From Candidatus Latescibacterota bacterium (GTDB taxonomy: Bacteria; Latescibacterota; UBA2968), in the NCBI GenBank assembly GCA_965207885.1, contig OZ242311.1, positions 1,056,001 through 1,120,000 on the forward strand: DNA of 64,000 nucleotides. Direction: 5' to 3'. This document shows positions 60,105 through 64,000 of the stretch, piece after piece; within the stretch, counting starts at the first letter, position 1, and each line of letters begins with the position of its first letter. Under the pieces are notes generated by a model. That model made no database searches. It was not told the DNA's origin and worked only from the letters and a program-made list of their open reading frames with translations. Both the position numbers and the translations under genes were made by a program.

Positions 60105-61601
60105 ATGGCATCTGGACAACCGAATATTCTCTGGATTTTGACCGATCAGCACAATGCGCGCACGATGTCCTGTGCTGGAGAGCCCCTGCTTCGGACGCCG
60201 AATATGGACCGCCTGGCGCGAGAGGGGGTGCGGTTTTCGCGGGCGTATGGCAATAGCGCGCACTGTGGTCCGTCCCGAATTTCCTATATGACGGGGATGT
60301 ACGAGCATTTTCACCGGCGGCACAATAATACGGACGAGCCGCCCGATCACCTGAACCCGATCACCTCTACATTGAAGCGGGTGGGGTATCAAACAGCTAT
60401 CATCGGCAAGGGGCATATCGGCGTTCACTGGCCCCGCCGCGAGTTCGATTATCATCGTTTCGACCACATGACCGACGCCCTGCCCGACGACCCGCTGAGT
60501 TGCGATTATTTCCGTAGTCTGGTCGAAGCGGGGGTGGCGGATGATTTTGACCTGACCAGAAAATGGGCACAGCACCCCGAATGTGCGGTGACTTCGCCGC
60601 TGCCACTGGAACACTCGGTCGAGGTCTGGTGTGGGAATGAGTCTGTAAAATATCTTCGGGAGCGCGATAAGGGCAAACCGTTCTTCGCGTGTATCTCTTT
60701 TTCCAGACCACACGACCCGCTTACTGTGTCCGCGCCTTTTGATCGCATGTACGATCCCGAGGAGGTCGCGGTGCCGGATAATGCAGCGGATGCGTTTGAG
60801 GGCAAGTCCGAACGCCAGCAACAGGCCAAACGGGGGGAGCTTCCCTATCCGTTCAGGCCCAGAGATAGGGCACATCTGCAGAAGTGCATCGCCCATTATT
60901 ACGGGCTGGTCTCTCTGATTGATGAGCAGATTGGGCGCATTCTCGAAGAGTTGGAATCTCAGGGTGTTCTGGAGGAGACTATTGTCATTTATTCGGCAGA
61001 TCACGGCGATTTTGCCGGTGAACACGGTCTTATCTGGAAAAATCTCGGATTTTACGAGTGTATCCATCGGGTGCCGTTTATTCTGCGCTATCCCGCGGCG
61101 TTGCCGAAGGGGGAGGTTTTTGATGGGTTTGTGGAGTCTGTGGATCTCTATCCCACGCTGATGGATATTCTGGGTGTTGATGCGCCCAATACGGTTCAGG
61201 GCAGAAGTCTGGTTCCCACTCTTCAGGGTAGGGAGGCCTGGAATAAGCAGGCTGTGCTGTGCGAACACGTCAAGGCGTATCACCATATGTCGATGCGTAC
61301 GGAAGAATTTCGGATTACGCTGGATATTACGGGAGATGAGAGCGAACTCTACGACCATCGCATTGATCCGGGGGAACTTATCAACCGGTGGGATGATCCG
61401 GATTATCGCGAGGTCCGGGGGAAGTTGCTGATCGATTTGCTGCGTTTTCGTTCCTGTCCGCCGCTTATGCACGGTCCGCTCATAGAGGGGTTGAATCCGG
61501 CAGATGTTCCGGGTTATGATACGGAGACGTGGTCTCAGGCGCACCAGGACATCCATCATGGCGTTCCCTGGTCGGAGGTCGTTGCGCGGGGCGATGGGTG
61601 A
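60105..61601 (+). CDS. Sulfatase
   Basis: PNILWILTDQ, CGPSR, GKGH and SADHG motifs. Confidence 0.9.
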   Translation: MASGQPNILWILTDQHNARTMSCAGEPLLRTPNMDRLAREGVRFSRAYGNSAHCGPSRISYMTGMYEHFHRRHNNTDEPPDHLNPITSTLKRVGYQTAIIGKGHIGVHWPRREFDYHRFDHMTDALPDDPLSCDYFRSLVEAGVADDFDLTRKWAQHPECAVTSPLPLEHSVEVWCGNESVKYLRERDKGKPFFACISFSRPHDPLTVSAPFDRMYDPEEVAVPDNAADAFEGKSERQQQAKRGELPYPFRPRDRAHLQKCIAHYYGLVSLIDEQIGRILEELESQGVLEETIVIYSADHGDFAGEHGLIWKNLGFYECIHRVPFILRYPAALPKGEVFDGFVESVDLYPTLMDILGVDAPNTVQGRSLVPTLQGREAWNKQAVLCEHVKAYHHMSMRTEEFRITLDITGDESELYDHRIDPGELINRWDDPDYREVRGKLLIDLLRFRSCPPLMHGPLIEGLNPADVPGYDTETWSQAHQDIHHGVPWSEVVARGDG

Positions 61602-61635
61602 TGGTTGTTTCCATATCTGAGTTGGATTATAAACA

Positions 61636-62382
61636 ATGTCTTTGTCTTTCAGATCTCGCGTTCCCGTATTTGATGCCAATGTCGGGATTGGCAATCGCCA
61701 CGACCGGCGGTCTCCAGTCGATTCGCCCGGTCAGTTGCTCGAAGAGATGGGGCGTCACGGGGTTGATCGCGCGCTTGTCTATTCCGTTCAAGGCGAATGG
61801 ATTAGTCCGATGCAGGGAAATGATTCGCTCGCAGGGTTGACGGGGCAAAACGACGCGCTGGTTCCCCAGTTCGTCGCCGGGTGCGATTCCGGTTCGCTGG
61901 GGCAGTTGTGCGATTTCCATCGGGATGGCGTCGTTTCGAGCGTTCGGCTGCACAATACCGAGGAATGCAGGCTGCCATTTGTTTCGTGGCTCTATGGTGA
62001 TTTGCTCGCCTGGCTGAGTGCTGAGGGTATTCCCCTCTGGGTCTCGCTGGCGGATACGCCGCCGGCTGAGATTGTCGATACGCTGGGTGGGTATCCGGAT
62101 CTGACTGTTGTGTTGGTCGGCGCGCATTATACGCATTCGATGATGATCCGTCCGATGATGCAGGTGTTGCCCAATGCGTTTCTCGAACTCAGCCGTTATG
62201 AGAATATCTGCGGGATTGAGAAGCTCGTTCGGGAGCTTGGTGCAAGTCGCCTGATGTACGGGTCGTTTTTTCCGCGGTATGCGATGGGTCCGATGCTGTT
62301 CGCGCTCCATCATCTGGAGATATCGGACGATGATCTCAGGTTGATTTGTGCGACGAATCTGGAGCGGATTCTCTATGATTGA
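61636..62382 (+). CDS. Amidohydrolase-fold protein with degenerate metal ligands
   Basis: FDANVGIG where DxHxH is expected and GSFFP where GSDxP is expected. Confidence 0.7.
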   Translation: MSLSFRSRVPVFDANVGIGNRHDRRSPVDSPGQLLEEMGRHGVDRALVYSVQGEWISPMQGNDSLAGLTGQNDALVPQFVAGCDSGSLGQLCDFHRDGVVSSVRLHNTEECRLPFVSWLYGDLLAWLSAEGIPLWVSLADTPPAEIVDTLGGYPDLTVVLVGAHYTHSMMIRPMMQVLPNAFLELSRYENICGIEKLVRELGASRLMYGSFFPRYAMGPMLFALHHLEISDDDLRLICATNLERILYD

Positions 62383-63124
62383 TGGTTGGGAAATTATCGA
62401 TTTTCACGGGCACGTCGGCCGATGGGATATTTTTGAGATGGGCGATGATGCCGATGAGATTCTCCACGCGATGGATGCCGTGGGCATTGATCGCTGTTGT
62501 ATGTTCAATATCTTTCATCCAGATGGCGCGACGGGTAACGACCAGACTGCGGCTTTCGTGGGTCGCTATCCGGAGCGGTTTATCGGTTTTGCCTATGTCT
62601 CTCCCCTGATGCCCGAATTTATGGTGCCGGAGTTGGAACGGGCGATTGACAAGCTCGGATTTTTGGCGATTAAGATTTACCCGCCCTATTCCCGCTGGCT
62701 GTTGAACGATCCGGTGTGGGATCCGGTCTATCAGTTCGCGGATGATCGCGGTCTGGCGATTATTTCGCATACGGGTGGGGAAGAGACGTGTTGGCCCGTT
62801 TATGTTGAGGATATTGCCGGGCGCTATCCGAATGCGAATTTTGTGATCGCGCATGCGGGCAATTCCGAGCCGTACAGGAGTCAGGCGATCCGGGCGGCGC
62901 AGCGGTTTTCGAATGTTTATGTCGAGACGTGTTCCACTTTCCGCGAGCCTGGTGTGATCGAAAGGCTGGTGGCCGAAGCGGGTGCCGATCGCGTACTTTT
63001 CGGTTCGGATGTTCCGCTTATGGATCCGCGAACACAACTGGGGAAGATTATTACCGCGAGGATCAGCGATTGTGAGAAGCGCCTGGTGCTTGGAGAAAAT
63101 GCGAGACGTCTGTTGAAACTGTGA
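62375..63124 (+). CDS. Amidohydrolase_2 family metallohydrolase
   Basis: IIDFHGHVG, IKIYP, SHTG, AHAG and FGSDVP motifs. Confidence 0.87.
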   Translation: MIDGWEIIDFHGHVGRWDIFEMGDDADEILHAMDAVGIDRCCMFNIFHPDGATGNDQTAAFVGRYPERFIGFAYVSPLMPEFMVPELERAIDKLGFLAIKIYPPYSRWLLNDPVWDPVYQFADDRGLAIISHTGGEETCWPVYVEDIAGRYPNANFVIAHAGNSEPYRSQAIRAAQRFSNVYVETCSTFREPGVIERLVAEAGADRVLFGSDVPLMDPRTQLGKIITARISDCEKRLVLGENARRLLKL

Positions 63125-63137
63125 TGGAGATTGTGCT

Positions 63138-64000
63138 ATGTCACGAGAGACTATTGAAGTTAGATATCGCAAATTGACGCCGATGTCCCGTCAGATGTTT
63201 GAGGATGGTCGATCGGTGAATGCCGGCGCCGCCAAGGGCGCCTATTTTTTTGCGCCGTATCCGATCGCGCTGCGGCGGGGAAAGGGATGTGTGCTCGAAG
63301 ATGTTGACGGCAGGTCCTATGTCGATTTCTCGAATCACCACACCGCGCAGGTTCTGGGGCATAACCATCCTGCGATTGTAGAAGCGGTGGAGAGACAGTT
63401 GGTCGATGGTATCGCGCTTGGCGCTGCAACGGGTGTCGAGACCCGGTTGGCGCGGATGATGTGCGAGCGCATATCTTCGGTTGATCGCATCCGGTTTGTC
63501 AGTTCCGGGACCGAAGCCACATTGCACGCTGTCCGGCTGGCGAGGTGTTTCAGCGGTAGGCCGAAGATCGCGAAGTTTGAGGGCGGTTACCACGGGAGTC
63601 ACGATGCTGTGGAGATCAGTACTGCTCCGCCCCTGGAATCCGCGGGCGAAGCCTCTGCGCCCAATGCGGTTCCCAGTGCGGGGGGTATGGCGTCGCACGC
63701 GCTTGATGATGTGATTGTTTTGCCCTATAACGATGAGGAGAGTGTCGAGCGGATTTTGTCGCGTCACCGGGATGAACTGGCGTGTGTGATTCTCGATCCA
63801 AAGGCGGGTATTATTCCGATCCGGCACGATTTTATCCAGCGGGTGCGCGCGATTACCGAGGAACTCGGCATTTTGCTGATTCTCGACGAGATTGTCGGTT
63901 TTCGTCAGGCGAAGGGCGGTCTGCAGAGTCATGTGGGGGTCAGGCCCGATTTGACGTGTTTTGGCAAGATGATCGGCGGCGGGTTTCCCGTTGGGGCTTT
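63138..64000 (+). CDS. Class III aminotransferase (GSA-aminomutase/HemL-like), runs off the right edge
   Basis: Manual translation: DVDGRSYVD, LGHNHP, FVSSGTEA, KFEGGYHG, LILDEIVGFR, FGKMIGGGFPVGA. Confidence 0.88.
   Translation, partial: MSRETIEVRYRKLTPMSRQMFEDGRSVNAGAAKGAYFFAPYPIALRRGKGCVLEDVDGRSYVDFSNHHTAQVLGHNHPAIVEAVERQLVDGIALGAATGVETRLARMMCERISSVDRIRFVSSGTEATLHAVRLARCFSGRPKIAKFEGGYHGSHDAVEISTAPPLESAGEASAPNAVPSAGGMASHALDDVIVLPYNDEESVERILSRHRDELACVILDPKAGIIPIRHDFIQRVRAITEELGILLILDEIVGFRQAKGGLQSHVGVRPDLTCFGKMIGGGFPVGA

Noticed and set aside
59307-61694. 795-aa minus-strand ORF
   Set aside because: Overlaps the well-supported AcnX and sulfatase genes on the plus strand; no recognisable domain.
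63141-63932. 263-aa minus-strand ORF
   Set aside because: The real gene is the plus-strand aminotransferase starting at 63138.

Overview
A 64-kb, gene-dense bacterial window dominated by catabolic and uptake genes. It holds five cytoplasmic Cys-type sulfatases, three DUF6785/DUF6784-type polytopic membrane proteins, three PhyH-type 2OG-Fe(II) dioxygenases, TIM-barrel isomerases, Gfo/Idh/MocA dehydrogenases, amidohydrolases, a heparinase II/III-like lyase, LarA and a two-subunit aconitase X, plus housekeeping genes pckA, proA and mmsA/iolA. This gene mix suggests an FCB-related lineage such as Latescibacterota (inference only). The left half (to 28.8 kb) is mostly minus-strand and is interrupted by three AT-rich plus-strand islets: a UPF0175/DUF3368 pair, a HigBA-like pair with an orphan antitoxin-like gene, and a SocA/Panacea-like-DUF488 fusion with its partner. 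The right half is one long plus-strand run containing a compositionally distinct block of about 20 kb (about 37.6-57.5 kb). The best candidate for an undescribed system is in that block: OM beta-barrel, TonB-dependent receptor, large secreted protein with a T9SS-CTD-like tail, PorV-like barrel, DUF6785 transporter and sulfatases, with no SusD. It is preceded by a long structured leader that may carry an antisense sRNA. Other highlights are the DUF488 conflict/DNA-repair module with a palindromic operator, an amidohydrolase-fold oxygenase/Rieske pair, and a two-copy 8-mer inverted-arm intergenic element. Three apparent frameshifts fall in the 20-kb block and may be assembly errors. No rRNA, tRNA, CRISPR array, integrase or transposase was seen. 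All assignments are by eye from motifs; no searches were run.
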